Both the position numbers and the translations under genes were made by a program. From a virus (Duplodnaviria > Caudoviricetes), in the IMG/VR virus record IMGVR_UViG_3300032093_000005: a stretch of 64,000 nt of DNA; one strand, written 5' to 3'. This document shows positions 19,556-30,248 of the stretch, in pieces. Each line of letters begins with the position of its first letter. Within the stretch, counting starts at the first letter, position 1. Below the pieces are notes generated by a model. That model was not told the origin of the DNA. It worked only from the letters and a program-made list of their open reading frames with translations, and searched no databases.

Positions 19556-20353
19556 TTACTTTTGAATAAAAACGTCGTTATAAAAAGATTCAGGAACTTT
19601 GTCCCAAAAAGTTGGTGTGACAACTTCTGCTTTACACCCACCGAACCACCAAGCAACTTCAGGAAATGTACTTCCAAAAGAACAAACTATTTTCTTTTGA
19701 CACTGCGATAAAAGATACATTTCAAGAAATGCTTCTTTAGTTTGCTGAACGTCATCAACAGATCCATCATTAGCAATTGTACTTACAGTTCTTGGAAGTG
19801 TAATTATTTGATTCGGATACTTTTCCTTATAATAGTTATTAATATTTAAATTATCGGAAGAAAAGAAAAACTTTTGATTTGATTCTAACTTCTGAACTTC
19901 TCTTTCAAATCCTTCAAAATCAACCCATACACTTCTTCCACAATTATCAATAGGTGGCAACCAACTGCGAATATTAATTCCCACCATATTTTCTTTGTCC
20001 CAATCCTTAGTTATATCGTCAATAACTTTTTGCAAATCTGATTTGAGTTTGAATTGCTTAAAAATTGGAACATATTTATCAACAAAATACTGTGGGACTT
20101 TTCCATAGAGAAAATCAATACTTTTTAGTTCATCAATGAGATGCTCTTCATTTTCATCCACAAGTAAACGCCAAACAGATCCTGTATGTGGATAATTTTG
20201 AATATCTTCTGGAGTTGCCAGTTCAAAGTTTTCAAACAAGTTGATATCAGTTGGTTTTTCAATCAACACTCGATCATATCTTGCCATATGAGAAGCATAT
20301 GATTTAATTCTGTTGCCAAGAGCAGCAGTTCTTAATACAACAAAAGTACTCAT
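19556..20353 (-). CDS. Putative fucosyltransferase-fold (GT23/NodZ-like) protein
   Basis: LGNRI N-terminus, GINIRSW, FFSSDN, EMYLLSQC..GSTF..VAWWFG. Confidence 0.55.
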   Translation of the reverse strand: MSTFVVLRTAALGNRIKSYASHMARYDRVLIEKPTDINLFENFELATPEDIQNYPHTGSVWRLLVDENEEHLIDELKSIDFLYGKVPQYFVDKYVPIFKQFKLKSDLQKVIDDITKDWDKENMVGINIRSWLPPIDNCGRSVWVDFEGFEREVQKLESNQKFFFSSDNLNINNYYKEKYPNQIITLPRTVSTIANDGSVDDVQQTKEAFLEMYLLSQCQKKIVCSFGSTFPEVAWWFGGCKAEVVTPTFWDKVPESFYNDVFIQK

Positions 20354-21246
20354 GAGTTTTCTTCTATCCATTTTTTTACATTAAACTTTGGTTGCCATCC
20401 AAAAGTGTTTCTTGCCTTATCGATACATGCAAGAGTTGTTCTTGCTTCCCCATCTCTTGGAGGAATATGAACATGCTCCTCAGAAATTTGATTTGCAATT
20501 TCTAAAATTGAAATATTTTCACCGTTTCCAATATTGTATATCTGTCCATAATGTTGATCTTCAAGATTTGCAATTGCCGCCATGATATTAGCAGATGCAA
20601 CATCCTGAACATGCACAAAATCTCTACGTTGTTCACCATCACCAACAATAGTAAGAGGTTGATTAGAATTTTTTTGTCGTAAGAAAATACCAATTACAGG
20701 AGCATACTGCCCAGTAGTTGGTGAACGTTCTCCATATACATTAAAGTATCTAAAGATGATTGTCTTAAGTCCATAAAGATTTGTATACATTTTGCACAAT
20801 TCTTCTCCAGCAACTTTGGAAACAGAATATGGATTAAGACAGTCATTTGGATCTATCTCATAATTTGGATATTTGTTTAAACCATAGGCAGAAGATGTTG
20901 AAGAATACATAACTTTCTTAACTTTTGCCTCTCTTGCACATTGTAAAACTGTGCAAGTACCTACAGCATTTTTTGTTACGGCATTAATTGGATTTTTAAT
21001 TGCTGGTTGAAGTCTAGATTCTGCAGCAAGATGAAAAACATAATCAACTCCAGTATAGAGAGAACGTGTTTTTTCATAATCACAAACGTCTAATTTATGA
21101 TTACTTGCTAGATCATTCCAATAAAATTTTTCATTACATTCTGCACTTTCATTATCAATTACAACGACTTCCCAGTTCATGTCTATCAATCGATCTACAA
21201 GATTCGATCCAATAAATCCTGCTCCACCAGTTACAAGTGCTTTCAT
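20350..21246 (-). CDS. NAD-dependent epimerase/dehydratase
   Basis: [21 protein letters not shown]. Confidence 0.9.
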   Translation of the reverse strand: MKALVTGGAGFIGSNLVDRLIDMNWEVVVIDNESAECNEKFYWNDLASNHKLDVCDYEKTRSLYTGVDYVFHLAAESRLQPAIKNPINAVTKNAVGTCTVLQCAREAKVKKVMYSSTSSAYGLNKYPNYEIDPNDCLNPYSVSKVAGEELCKMYTNLYGLKTIIFRYFNVYGERSPTTGQYAPVIGIFLRQKNSNQPLTIVGDGEQRRDFVHVQDVASANIMAAIANLEDQHYGQIYNIGNGENISILEIANQISEEHVHIPPRDGEARTTLACIDKARNTFGWQPKFNVKKWIEENS

Positions 21247-21247
21247 A

Positions 21248-21964
21248 TTATCTCCAAGATTTTGCAATTTTTCTTTTCAACTCTGTAGTTGAATAGTCAT
21301 GATCTCTATTAACAAAAACTATTTTAATTTTTTTATCTTTTCCAGTATAAGAACCATCACGATAGTCGTCTCCTAAGAAACGAATATCATAATCATCAAG
21401 ATATGAAAGAAAAGTGTCTTCTGCTTGATAGACCACAATATCATCCACATATTTAATTGCTCTTAATATCTCTTTCCGATCTTCTAGACTTTGAACTGGT
21501 GGTAGTTTATGTGGTCTGGCAAAAGAGGGATCTTCATGCAGTGCAACTGTAAGATGATTACAATGCTTTTTACAATCTACAAACATACGAACATATCCAG
21601 GATGAATCACATCAAATGCTCCTGCAATAATTCCCTTAACTTGAGGTTGTTTTGCTGCCCATACCATTGCATCAATACCTTTATCATCAATAAAAATATC
21701 TGCGGTTGGTTTACAAAACATTGGGAATAATTCATGATACTTATATCCCCAATCACTAAGTTGTTTCTTAGTCAGTTCTGTATGATCAATACCAGATCCT
21801 TTACCTCTAGCAGTCTGCATAATGATATAGTTACCTTCATCATACAAACGATTAACTTGCTCAACCATAAAAGGTAATGGTTGAGCATTTTCATAATCTG
21901 GTTTTCCTTTTTCATTGTTGGGAGTATGGCAAAGTGTCCCATCAATATCAAAACAATATCTCAT
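21248..21964 (-). CDS. Fusion of HAD phosphatase and cytidylyltransferase-fold nucleotidyltransferase
   Basis: FDIDGTL..TARG..IFIDDK then GAFDVIHPGY..YSTTELK. Confidence 0.85.
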   Translation of the reverse strand: MRYCFDIDGTLCHTPNNEKGKPDYENAQPLPFMVEQVNRLYDEGNYIIMQTARGKGSGIDHTELTKKQLSDWGYKYHELFPMFCKPTADIFIDDKGIDAMVWAAKQPQVKGIIAGAFDVIHPGYVRMFVDCKKHCNHLTVALHEDPSFARPHKLPPVQSLEDRKEILRAIKYVDDIVVYQAEDTFLSYLDDYDIRFLGDDYRDGSYTGKDKKIKIVFVNRDHDYSTTELKRKIAKSWR

Positions 21965-22464
21965 ACAACTCCATGAAGAAAAATCTGGTGACAACATTCA
22001 ACAACACCATAATCAGTGCTATTGATATAATAGTTCCAGAGAGCACTAGATGCATTTTTTCTTAAAGTGTTACCAGGAGCAAATCCACTCAGAACACCAT
22101 AAGAAATTTTATTTTGCTCACACCATTCTTGAGCATTTAACATATTCTTAGATTCTCCACCAGAACTCATGATGATTACAAGAGTATCTTTCTCAACGTA
22201 ATATTCCAAAAACTTTTGATATGCATTCTCATATCCAAAATCATTGGTCAGCATTGTGATCATTGAAGGATCAGAAAGGATAGAAACTTTCTTTTTATGA
22301 AACTTCATGTAATCCTGAGAGATATGAGATGCTACAGAATTGCTACCCCCATTACCAAGAATGATAATTCTTTCATAAGAGTCAAATGCTCTACAAAACT
22401 TTTCAAACTCTTCTTCAATATGAGCACCTTGAAGAACTTCAATGTATTCAGAAAATGGATTCAT
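21961..22464 (-). CDS. gmhA: SIS-domain phosphoheptose isomerase-like protein
   Basis: GNGGSNSVASH..NDFGYE..SSGGESKN..YGVVECCH. Confidence 0.75.
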   Translation of the reverse strand: MNPFSEYIEVLQGAHIEEEFEKFCRAFDSYERIIILGNGGSNSVASHISQDYMKFHKKKVSILSDPSMITMLTNDFGYENAYQKFLEYYVEKDTLVIIMSSGGESKNMLNAQEWCEQNKISYGVLSGFAPGNTLRKNASSALWNYYINSTDYGVVECCHQIFLHGVV

Positions 22465-23222
22465 AGTTTCTTTTTAAGACAGAAGAAAATGCTATTTCCA
22501 TAAGTGGTGTGCATTCTGAACATTGCATCACCAAAAAGATAACCAAAGAAAAGACCTTGAGGGCGAGCAGCAACACCTTCGGGAATACCGGGATGGTGAG
22601 GATATTGAATTCCTACAGGAGTAGGAGGCCATGAAGGATTATATGCTAATTCAAATCCATAATCAAAAATTAGATTGATCCACTTAGCAGCATTAAAAAC
22701 AGATTGATGCCTGCGGAGAAATTTACCATCGACCCAACCAACATCATCAGATACTACAGATACTGAACAACAAAAAACACCATCATCTTTTAAGTGATTG
22801 CGAATTTGTCCAAAAAAGGTACTAAGATCTTCCTCTGCAATATGTTCAACTACTTCCCAAGTGGTAATGAAATCAAATTGCATCTTCTCATCGTTTTCAT
22901 ATAGTTGATAAGGCTTGGACAAATCAACAGTAAAAAGATTTTTATCTCCATACTTATCCCAATTATGCTTTCCAGCACCCCGTTCTCTTGCGTGGGAAGA
23001 ACCTTCTAATCCAACACCAACATCTCCCCGATCAATAAAATCTGCAATTAATTGACCACCAGCACACCCAAGATCAAGAACTCGAATTTGCTCATTATTA
23101 AAATATTCCTTTACCGCATTAATATAATCAATGTCAGTTGTATTATCATCTACAGTTCCAACAGGTGCAATATGATCTGGAGATTCAATTGCAACGGGAT
23201 GTTTTGTTTCTAATCTAATCAT
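22461..23222 (-). CDS. Class I SAM-dependent methyltransferase
   Basis: VLDLGCAGG..FDFITTWEVVEHI. Confidence 0.88.
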   Translation of the reverse strand: MIRLETKHPVAIESPDHIAPVGTVDDNTTDIDYINAVKEYFNNEQIRVLDLGCAGGQLIADFIDRGDVGVGLEGSSHARERGAGKHNWDKYGDKNLFTVDLSKPYQLYENDEKMQFDFITTWEVVEHIAEEDLSTFFGQIRNHLKDDGVFCCSVSVVSDDVGWVDGKFLRRHQSVFNAAKWINLIFDYGFELAYNPSWPPTPVGIQYPHHPGIPEGVAARPQGLFFGYLFGDAMFRMHTTYGNSIFFCLKKKL

Positions 23223-24166
23223 AGTTTTTTACCTTTTACTCCATCGGAAGATACATTAATTTTAACAGAAGAATATGGCAATGTCAATTTACCTTTTTCG
23301 GAAAAGGTTAAAAAGAATCCACCATTACCTGCCCCACATAATTTATGTGAGATAACAAGTGGATTATTTGACAAATATTCATCTATATTTTTTATCGTTT
23401 GATTCTCAACTATTGAAGAACTTGTTTGTTTTTTCTGTTCCCAACTCTTATTTAAATGATATAAAAACTCATCATAATTTTTTTGAAGTAAGCAATCATA
23501 AGCAACTTCTAAAGTATCAAGTAGTGGTGTGATCTTATCAATATTTTCACTAACATCTTTCAAAATATTTTTTGAATTTCTAGTTACTCCAGTGAATACT
23601 AAATGTGCATCATAATTATTGAAGAGATCCGTAGATTGAAAATCATATTTTACTATTCCACCTTTTTGAAATTCAATTCTTTTAAACCCACCAATTCCAC
23701 AACCATAAGGATCCTGATATCCACAATATGGATTAAAATCTCTTTCAAGTTTATAAGATAAAGAACATATTTCAATATCTGTCATTTCTATATCTTTAGA
23801 CATAGAAATTGCTTTGATTAAACTGATGATATATGAAGATGATGATGCAAGTCCACTACCTTGCGAATACGCATCACTCGTCATACTAATAGTACTAGGA
23901 AGACAATCAAAGTAACTCAATACTCCCCGAACTACTTCATTTTTAATATCTTCAATAAATTCAGTTTCTTCTCGTTTTGAATAATTAATGATGTACTTAT
24001 TCCCTTGCATATTATATCCAACCTTATCTTCATGTAAGGTTATATACGTTTTTAGATCACAAGTAAAACTAATTACTGCACCATATCCATATTTTTCAAC
24101 AAAAAATGGATTGTCTGTAGATCCACCAAACAAGGATACTCTTAGAGGACAAGAAGAAACATACAT
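23219..24166 (-). CDS. hddA: GHMP sugar kinase (HddA-like heptose-7-phosphate kinase)
   Basis: PLRVSLFGGSTD, GSGLASSSS, GYQD..GGF, KLCGAGNGGF. Confidence 0.8.
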   Translation of the reverse strand: MYVSSCPLRVSLFGGSTDNPFFVEKYGYGAVISFTCDLKTYITLHEDKVGYNMQGNKYIINYSKREETEFIEDIKNEVVRGVLSYFDCLPSTISMTSDAYSQGSGLASSSSYIISLIKAISMSKDIEMTDIEICSLSYKLERDFNPYCGYQDPYGCGIGGFKRIEFQKGGIVKYDFQSTDLFNNYDAHLVFTGVTRNSKNILKDVSENIDKITPLLDTLEVAYDCLLQKNYDEFLYHLNKSWEQKKQTSSSIVENQTIKNIDEYLSNNPLVISHKLCGAGNGGFFLTFSEKGKLTLPYSSVKINVSSDGVKGKKL

Positions 24167-25023
24167 CAGATAACAATCCAATCTTCAAGATAAAGATCTG
24201 TGGTATCTTTGTCAGCATAAACTGGACCAAACCACATTTTTGGAGCAACTATTTTTTTGTTTGGATTGGATTGCAACCAAGCGCCCCACCAACTCATAGT
24301 GCTATTTGCAATTATAGCATGAGAACAAAGAGACATCAAACATAGATCAACATACGGTAAATAAGATCCATCACCGTATTTTTCTTGCGGTTCTGAGATA
24401 AAAAAGCGATCACCATCAAAAAATTCTTGTTGCTTAACCCATTCTGGAGAATCAGAAAAAACAATTACTGGTTGATCATCATCAAAATGTTTTAAAGCTT
24501 CTTGATAATATTCTAGTGATTGAACAGGATGCTGATCAGAACAATTTACATATGCCCATTTAAATCCACGAGGATCTACAAGATTTGGATCTCCTCTACG
24601 AACATGAAGCATGATTGGTTCTTGACCATCAAATTGAGAAATGAACTCTTTACAGGGTTCTAAATGTTCATCTAAAAAAGTAAAGTCTTTACGAATCTCA
24701 TCAGAGATATGTTGAAAATACTTTTCACTTTGAAAAAATCCATGAAAACTTACATTGTCTGGACAATTTTCAAATAGTTCTTCATCAAAATGAAAAAATC
24801 TTTCTTGAATATATTGAATATTTTCAATATAATTTAAATTTTTATCTTCTACAGACTCCAATTTAAAACATTGATGTAAACTATAATTTTCAATACCTTT
24901 TACATGAAATGGAGGAATGCACCAGGAATATCCATGTTTTGCTGCGATGCCTCTTAAAGTTGCATACTCAAACATTTGATTTCCAAGTCTACCAAGATTC
25001 CCAATTTGATTAAATGCTAACAT
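24166..25023 (-). CDS. Alpha-1,2-fucosyltransferase, GT11
   Basis: GRLGNQMFEY, HVRRGD, IIANSTMSWWGAWL. Confidence 0.92.
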   Translation of the reverse strand: MLAFNQIGNLGRLGNQMFEYATLRGIAAKHGYSWCIPPFHVKGIENYSLHQCFKLESVEDKNLNYIENIQYIQERFFHFDEELFENCPDNVSFHGFFQSEKYFQHISDEIRKDFTFLDEHLEPCKEFISQFDGQEPIMLHVRRGDPNLVDPRGFKWAYVNCSDQHPVQSLEYYQEALKHFDDDQPVIVFSDSPEWVKQQEFFDGDRFFISEPQEKYGDGSYLPYVDLCLMSLCSHAIIANSTMSWWGAWLQSNPNKKIVAPKMWFGPVYADKDTTDLYLEDWIVI

Positions 25024-25837
25024 ATTTTTTCAGATAAGATTGTGTTGAATAGTATTCAAGTAATTGTTCTCTATTCATTTTTTGAATAGTTTCCCACAAT
25101 TCAAGGTTATTTCTCATATATGGATTTCCATGCATAGAAGTTGGCCAGGAATTAGAACCTCTACTATGCTCCAAGTGATAGATCAGATTATTAATTCTTC
25201 CTACATTATATCCTAAAGTAGTAAATCTATAAAATCTTTCTTTATCTTCAGGTGAAGAACCTTTAAAGTTTTCATTTTCCATTCCACCATCAATATAAAC
25301 TTGACGATTAAAAAATTGAACCCAACCAAAGTCTGATGACCAAATATTAGATTTTCTATCTAAAATAGAAAAATCAAAATCATTATTTAAAAAGTCTGAT
25401 ACTAATTCATCAGTTGCATGTATTTGTTTTTGGTAATTTCCAGATCCAAATGGATATATAACGTCACATTCTTTATTCAAAATAGAATTATATGAACTTA
25501 CATAAGATTCTACTGGAAGAAGAACATCACAATCATAATTAATTACCACATCGGTTTTACTCATCGCAAGCATTTCATTTAGAATATGCATACGATAAAA
25601 AACAGGATCATCAGATTTTTCAAATATATGAGTTATGTGAGAATCTTTCCCTAAAAATTCATGTATTTGTGGAATAACTTCCTCTATAAAAACTGAAGAT
25701 TTGTCTACTTCTTTTACAATAATTTTAGTATCAAAATTTCCCAGTAAAAAACAAAGGACTGTAATAATATTTCTGAGTCTATCTTCAGATTCTATTCTCA
25801 ATGGAATTATAAAAGTTGCATTTGACAAATCAATCAT
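25010..25837 (-). CDS. Glycosyltransferase (GT-A fold, GT7C-like C-terminus)
   Basis: FIIP..DCD..GGMENENFKG..EDKE..YHLEH. Confidence 0.75.
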   Translation of the reverse strand: MIDLSNATFIIPLRIESEDRLRNIITVLCFLLGNFDTKIIVKEVDKSSVFIEEVIPQIHEFLGKDSHITHIFEKSDDPVFYRMHILNEMLAMSKTDVVINYDCDVLLPVESYVSSYNSILNKECDVIYPFGSGNYQKQIHATDELVSDFLNNDFDFSILDRKSNIWSSDFGWVQFFNRQVYIDGGMENENFKGSSPEDKERFYRFTTLGYNVGRINNLIYHLEHSRGSNSWPTSMHGNPYMRNNLELWETIQKMNREQLLEYYSTQSYLKKYVSI

Positions 25838-26582
25838 TTGGATATTCCCAATTTTCAAAAAAGTCTTTATGTTTTTCTTTAAGATAATCTAATTCACTTT
25901 GAATAAATTGCCATGCAGTTCCATCACCTTCTATCACAATATCAAAATTAAGTTTTGATGTTGTGTTATTATTATGTAGTCTACTTGTTGTTAACACATT
26001 TTCAGAAATTAATGGCATACCATATTTCATACGAAGACGATGATACCATTCATGATCCATACTTGTTTGAGTATTAATATCAAAATATTCTATAGTTTGA
26101 TTTCTGATCGTTACATTGGTTGGACACCCAAGAAGATTATTTCCAACTAACAAATGATCTGGGTAAGTTGGAATTCTAGAATCAAAAAAATTTTTTCCAT
26201 CGTAAGAGTGATTAAAACCATTTACTAACCAATAGTTATCACTAGAATCAAGACAATCTATAATAATTTTTAAAGCATCAAAAGAATACAAGAAATCATC
26301 GCAATGGAGAATTTTAATATATTCTCCCTTACACAAATCCATTACAACATTTGAGTTGGCAGACATTCCAATATGATCAAGATTTTTCTTATAAGTTAAT
26401 AAAAACTTATCATGATATTGATTGCAAAGATTTTCTACTAGATTGTTTGAAGAATTATCCGAAACAACTACTTCATAATCAGTAAAAGATTGTTGGACAA
26501 TTCTATCAAAAGATTCTTTCAAGTATAGTAAATCAGTTTTATCTTTAACATATGCTGGAATGGCGATGGAAATTTTAGGCAT
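25830..26582 (-). CDS. Glycosyltransferase family 2
   Basis: ISIAIPAY..VVVSDNSS..KILHCDD. Confidence 0.88.
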   Translation of the reverse strand: MPKISIAIPAYVKDKTDLLYLKESFDRIVQQSFTDYEVVVSDNSSNNLVENLCNQYHDKFLLTYKKNLDHIGMSANSNVVMDLCKGEYIKILHCDDFLYSFDALKIIIDCLDSSDNYWLVNGFNHSYDGKNFFDSRIPTYPDHLLVGNNLLGCPTNVTIRNQTIEYFDINTQTSMDHEWYHRLRMKYGMPLISENVLTTSRLHNNNTTSKLNFDIVIEGDGTAWQFIQSELDYLKEKHKDFFENWEYPND

Positions 26583-27427
26583 TAAATACGCTCCCACCTC
26601 TCAGGAATGAGGTCACTATCATCAACAGTGGCGGCAGAACCATACCATACTTTAGGAGCAACAATTGGTTGAGTTGGATTTTCAATTAACCATGCACCCC
26701 ACCAACTCATAGAACTATTGGCAATAATTCCACCAGAACATAAGGACATTAGACACAAATCAATATAAGGAATCAAAGAATGCCTCATTTGACCATCAGC
26801 ATCAAGATGAACATGTCCATACCTTTCATTGTTTTCTGAAAGAAGAAATCTATCAGAACTAAAAATGCTCTGTTTAGAACACCATGCAATATCATCAGAA
26901 AATACAAGAACAGAAATGTCTTTATCAAACTTTTCTAATGCTCGTTCATAATACTCAAGTTCACATACAGGATGATAATATTGAAGATTTACATAGTCAC
27001 CTCTGCGAACATGTAAGAAAATAACATTACCAATTTCAGAAATAAAATTCTTACATAGTTCCAAATGCTCAGACTTAAAAGTAAAATCTTGTTTGATTTC
27101 ATTCTTAATATGAGCAAAATACTTTTCTGTTTGAAAATAATCTTCAAGATTACAATTATCTGGGCAAGAATTAAAAAATTCCTCATCAAATGCACCAGTG
27201 CTTGCTTTGTAAGTTGGAAAATTACTGGAAACTAATCCAAGATTTTTTTCACCAACACAACTCATCTCAAAACAATCGAAAAGACCATAGTTAGTTTGAT
27301 GTGGTCCTTCGGGAGAAGGAACAACCCAATCATATCCGTGTTGTGCAGCAATACCACGAAGAGCAGCATACTGAAACATCTGATTTCCAAGACGCCCGTT
27401 AGAACCGAGCCTATTATAACCGATCAT
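26582..27427 (-). CDS. Alpha-1,2-fucosyltransferase, GT11
   Basis: GRLGNQMFQY, HVRRGDY, IANSSMSWWGAWL. Confidence 0.92.
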   Translation of the reverse strand: MIGYNRLGSNGRLGNQMFQYAALRGIAAQHGYDWVVPSPEGPHQTNYGLFDCFEMSCVGEKNLGLVSSNFPTYKASTGAFDEEFFNSCPDNCNLEDYFQTEKYFAHIKNEIKQDFTFKSEHLELCKNFISEIGNVIFLHVRRGDYVNLQYYHPVCELEYYERALEKFDKDISVLVFSDDIAWCSKQSIFSSDRFLLSENNERYGHVHLDADGQMRHSLIPYIDLCLMSLCSGGIIANSSMSWWGAWLIENPTQPIVAPKVWYGSAATVDDSDLIPERWERI

Positions 27428-27429
27428 AA

Positions 27430-28134
27430 TTAGTCCTCTATTGTAATTGTAGGGGGGAGATTAAAATGAAAACCAAATGGGATTAATCCTTGATTTTCTG
27501 GAATTGCTGTTTCATATGAAAATCTTGCAGCAATTTCAACTGAAGGAAACTTACATCCTTCTTCAATAAACATATGTCTATTGTGTACGCAAATGTTTCC
27601 ATCTTCTGCAAAGTTATTTGCGTTAAAGTGCTTGTAGAAATCTCCAGTGGTGCAATTAAAAGGTATTTCTCTTTTCAAAGGAACCTCCAGAAGTTTTTTA
27701 CTTCTCAAAGAGAATCCACCATTTCCAACTCTAATGTGTTCACCAAATGGAGTTACATAAGAGTTTTCTTGATATGGCCAAGGAGCACCAATATAATCAT
27801 ATTCATAAAACTCATCAGACCATGCATCTGGATTAATAATAAAAGCATGATCATGAACCATCAAACAATAATCTTTATCTATATGTCTGTGAAGTTCATA
27901 TAAACAATACTTACTATACTCATCAATATTAGTAATTGGAAAAACCATTTCCTCTATTACAATACCATCATCCAATAGAGAATCATGATATTGATCTTTT
28001 ATTTTTTTTGATGTAATAAGTTTTACTGAACCAAATTTTGCTTGTTCAATACAAGTGAAAATTGCTTTGATAGTTCCACTTACTCTGGATGTATTGTCTA
28101 CAGCAACTAAAGTTACTCTGGATAAATCAAGCAT
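27430..28134 (-). CDS. DUF5672-like putative glycosyltransferase
   Basis: YDYIGAPW..VGNGGFSLRSKKLL..ED. Confidence 0.7.
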   Translation of the reverse strand: MLDLSRVTLVAVDNTSRVSGTIKAIFTCIEQAKFGSVKLITSKKIKDQYHDSLLDDGIVIEEMVFPITNIDEYSKYCLYELHRHIDKDYCLMVHDHAFIINPDAWSDEFYEYDYIGAPWPYQENSYVTPFGEHIRVGNGGFSLRSKKLLEVPLKREIPFNCTTGDFYKHFNANNFAEDGNICVHNRHMFIEEGCKFPSVEIAARFSYETAIPENQGLIPFGFHFNLPPTITIED

Positions 28135-29428
28135 TGATAAACAAATCAACTACACTTTCAATATAATCAATCATATTCTGATTAATTGTTGGAGAGCATC
28201 CAAGAAAGAATACTTTATTCAAAACTTGGTTTGCTTTTGGATATTTAGTTGCATCATCAAGGTGACTATATCCAGGATGGAGAAGAACGTTTCCTGCAAA
28301 ATAATTACGAGTTTGAATCTTATTACTTTCCAAATGAGCAACAAGAGTTCTCTTTAGATCTTTATCTTCACATACAATAGGAACACCAAACCAACTTGTT
28401 TCTGCACCTTCACGTTCATTAACAACTCGGGTTCCAGGAATTTTCTCAATAATCTTTTGAATTTTTTCTTTATTACTTCTACGCAGTTGATGAATTTCTT
28501 CAAACTTTTGAAGTTGAATTAACCCAACAGCACCTTGCATATCAAGAGGTTTGAGATTATATCCCATAGTTGAAAAAACATACTTATGATCAACTATGTC
28601 TTCGTAGTTTTCTAACCAAGTATCAAAACGTTTTCCACAAACACCATTAGAAAGAAGATTTTGCTGACCAACACAATAACATCCACGACCCCACCAAGCA
28701 AAACTACGAGCAAGGTCAATAATTCCTTTTTCATTTGAAGAAACCATACCTCCTTCCATCGTGCAAATGTGATGTGCAGGATAGAATGAGCAGGAAGCAG
28801 CAACTGCATAATCAGTCAGATAATTACCATGCCACTTGCTTCCAAGACTATCACAGTTATCTGCAATCAAAGCAATACTCTTGCGGCGGCAAAGATCAAC
28901 GAACTTGTTCATGTTGTAGGGATTGCCAAGAACAGGCGATGAAATGGCACCAACAGTTCTTTCAGTAATTTTGTTCTCAACCTGATCCAAATCCCAGTTA
29001 AGATCTTCCCAATCAATATCAACAAAAACAGGTTTCAAACCACACTGAACAATTGGTGCAATTGTAGTAACGAATCCACATGCACACACAATAATTTCAT
29101 CACCATCTTTCCACCCAAAATACTTTTTGAGTGCAGCGAACATTACAAGGTTGGCAGAACTTCCAGAGTTCACCATCACAGAATGCTTGAAGTTGAACTT
29201 CTTTGAGAACTCACGCTCAAACTTATTAACTTGCTCACCAGAAGAAAGCCACTTTCCTTTCATAGTGGAGTGAATAAGTTCCCTAACCTCCAGGTCATCC
29301 CAGTAGGGACCAGAATAATATACATTATCTTCACCACCAACAAACTCTTTTTTATTTGCTAGATATGGGAATACATCCTTATCCACTTCTTTGGCAGATT
29401 GAATAAAACTGTCAATTAGGTCGTACAT
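28127..29428 (-). CDS. rfbH: RfbH/DdhC-like CDP-4-keto-6-deoxyglucose 3-dehydrase (DegT family)
   Basis: VNSGSSANL, DNCDSLGS, SFYPAHH replacing the Lys site, MGYNLKP. Confidence 0.85.
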   Translation of the reverse strand: MYDLIDSFIQSAKEVDKDVFPYLANKKEFVGGEDNVYYSGPYWDDLEVRELIHSTMKGKWLSSGEQVNKFEREFSKKFNFKHSVMVNSGSSANLVMFAALKKYFGWKDGDEIIVCACGFVTTIAPIVQCGLKPVFVDIDWEDLNWDLDQVENKITERTVGAISSPVLGNPYNMNKFVDLCRRKSIALIADNCDSLGSKWHGNYLTDYAVAASCSFYPAHHICTMEGGMVSSNEKGIIDLARSFAWWGRGCYCVGQQNLLSNGVCGKRFDTWLENYEDIVDHKYVFSTMGYNLKPLDMQGAVGLIQLQKFEEIHQLRRSNKEKIQKIIEKIPGTRVVNEREGAETSWFGVPIVCEDKDLKRTLVAHLESNKIQTRNYFAGNVLLHPGYSHLDDATKYPKANQVLNKVFFLGCSPTINQNMIDYIESVVDLFINA

Positions 29429-30234
29429 AGTTGTTTAATAATTTCTTCTGTTGAAATTGATTGAGTAAATCCAAGTGTTTGTAACTTTGTTGTATCAAGC
29501 CAAAAATCTTTTGCTTGAACAATCTGATGAAATTCAGGTGCTTCTTTAAATTTTATAACTGATTTAGAACCCAGATACTCCTTTGCTTTACCAATTATAT
29601 CACCAATAGAGGTTGGTTGTCCACTCCCAACATTATAAATTTCATTTATGTTTCCTTCATCACAGATAAGTTTTATTGCTTTACATACATCATCAAGGTG
29701 CATTACATCACGAACTGGAGTTCCCTCATCATATAAGTAAACATCTTCATCTTGCTTAAGAAGATTGATCATATGTACAAGAGCATTCTTTTTAAGAGAT
29801 GCTTTGTTGTCACTCTTTCCCAAAACATTACACAAGCGTATAATTCTATACTTAACATTATAAGTTTTGCAAAAAGAAATCAGTAAATCTTCTGCTGCTT
29901 TTTTTGTAATGGAATAGAACCCTGTTGGTTTGCAGATGTATTCTTCTTTTGCTGGTAATTCAGTTTCCCCGTATACGAACCAAGAACTGATAAAATTGAA
30001 GACAATATCAGAATCTCTACAAAAATCCAAAACTTCACAAAGAACTTTGAGGTTGGTTTCGACATCGAGGGTAATATTGGTATGTACGTTGTAATTGTCT
30101 ACTGTTGAAATTAAATAAAGAATACTTTTTGTTTTTGGTTTTCTCTCTTCTCGATCTTGCTTAAGGACTAGATCTGGGTAGAGACTGCAGAATCTACCAC
30201 CCACAAATCCAGAAGCACCATATACACTAATCAT
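29416..30234 (-). CDS. NAD-dependent epimerase/dehydratase
   Basis: GASGFVG, YSITK, RLCNVLG. Confidence 0.85.
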   Translation of the reverse strand: MISVYGASGFVGGRFCSLYPDLVLKQDREERKPKTKSILYLISTVDNYNVHTNITLDVETNLKVLCEVLDFCRDSDIVFNFISSWFVYGETELPAKEEYICKPTGFYSITKKAAEDLLISFCKTYNVKYRIIRLCNVLGKSDNKASLKKNALVHMINLLKQDEDVYLYDEGTPVRDVMHLDDVCKAIKLICDEGNINEIYNVGSGQPTSIGDIIGKAKEYLGSKSVIKFKEAPEFHQIVQAKDFWLDTTKLQTLGFTQSISTEEIIKQLCTT

Positions 30235-30248
30235 AAATTTTTTTGTTC

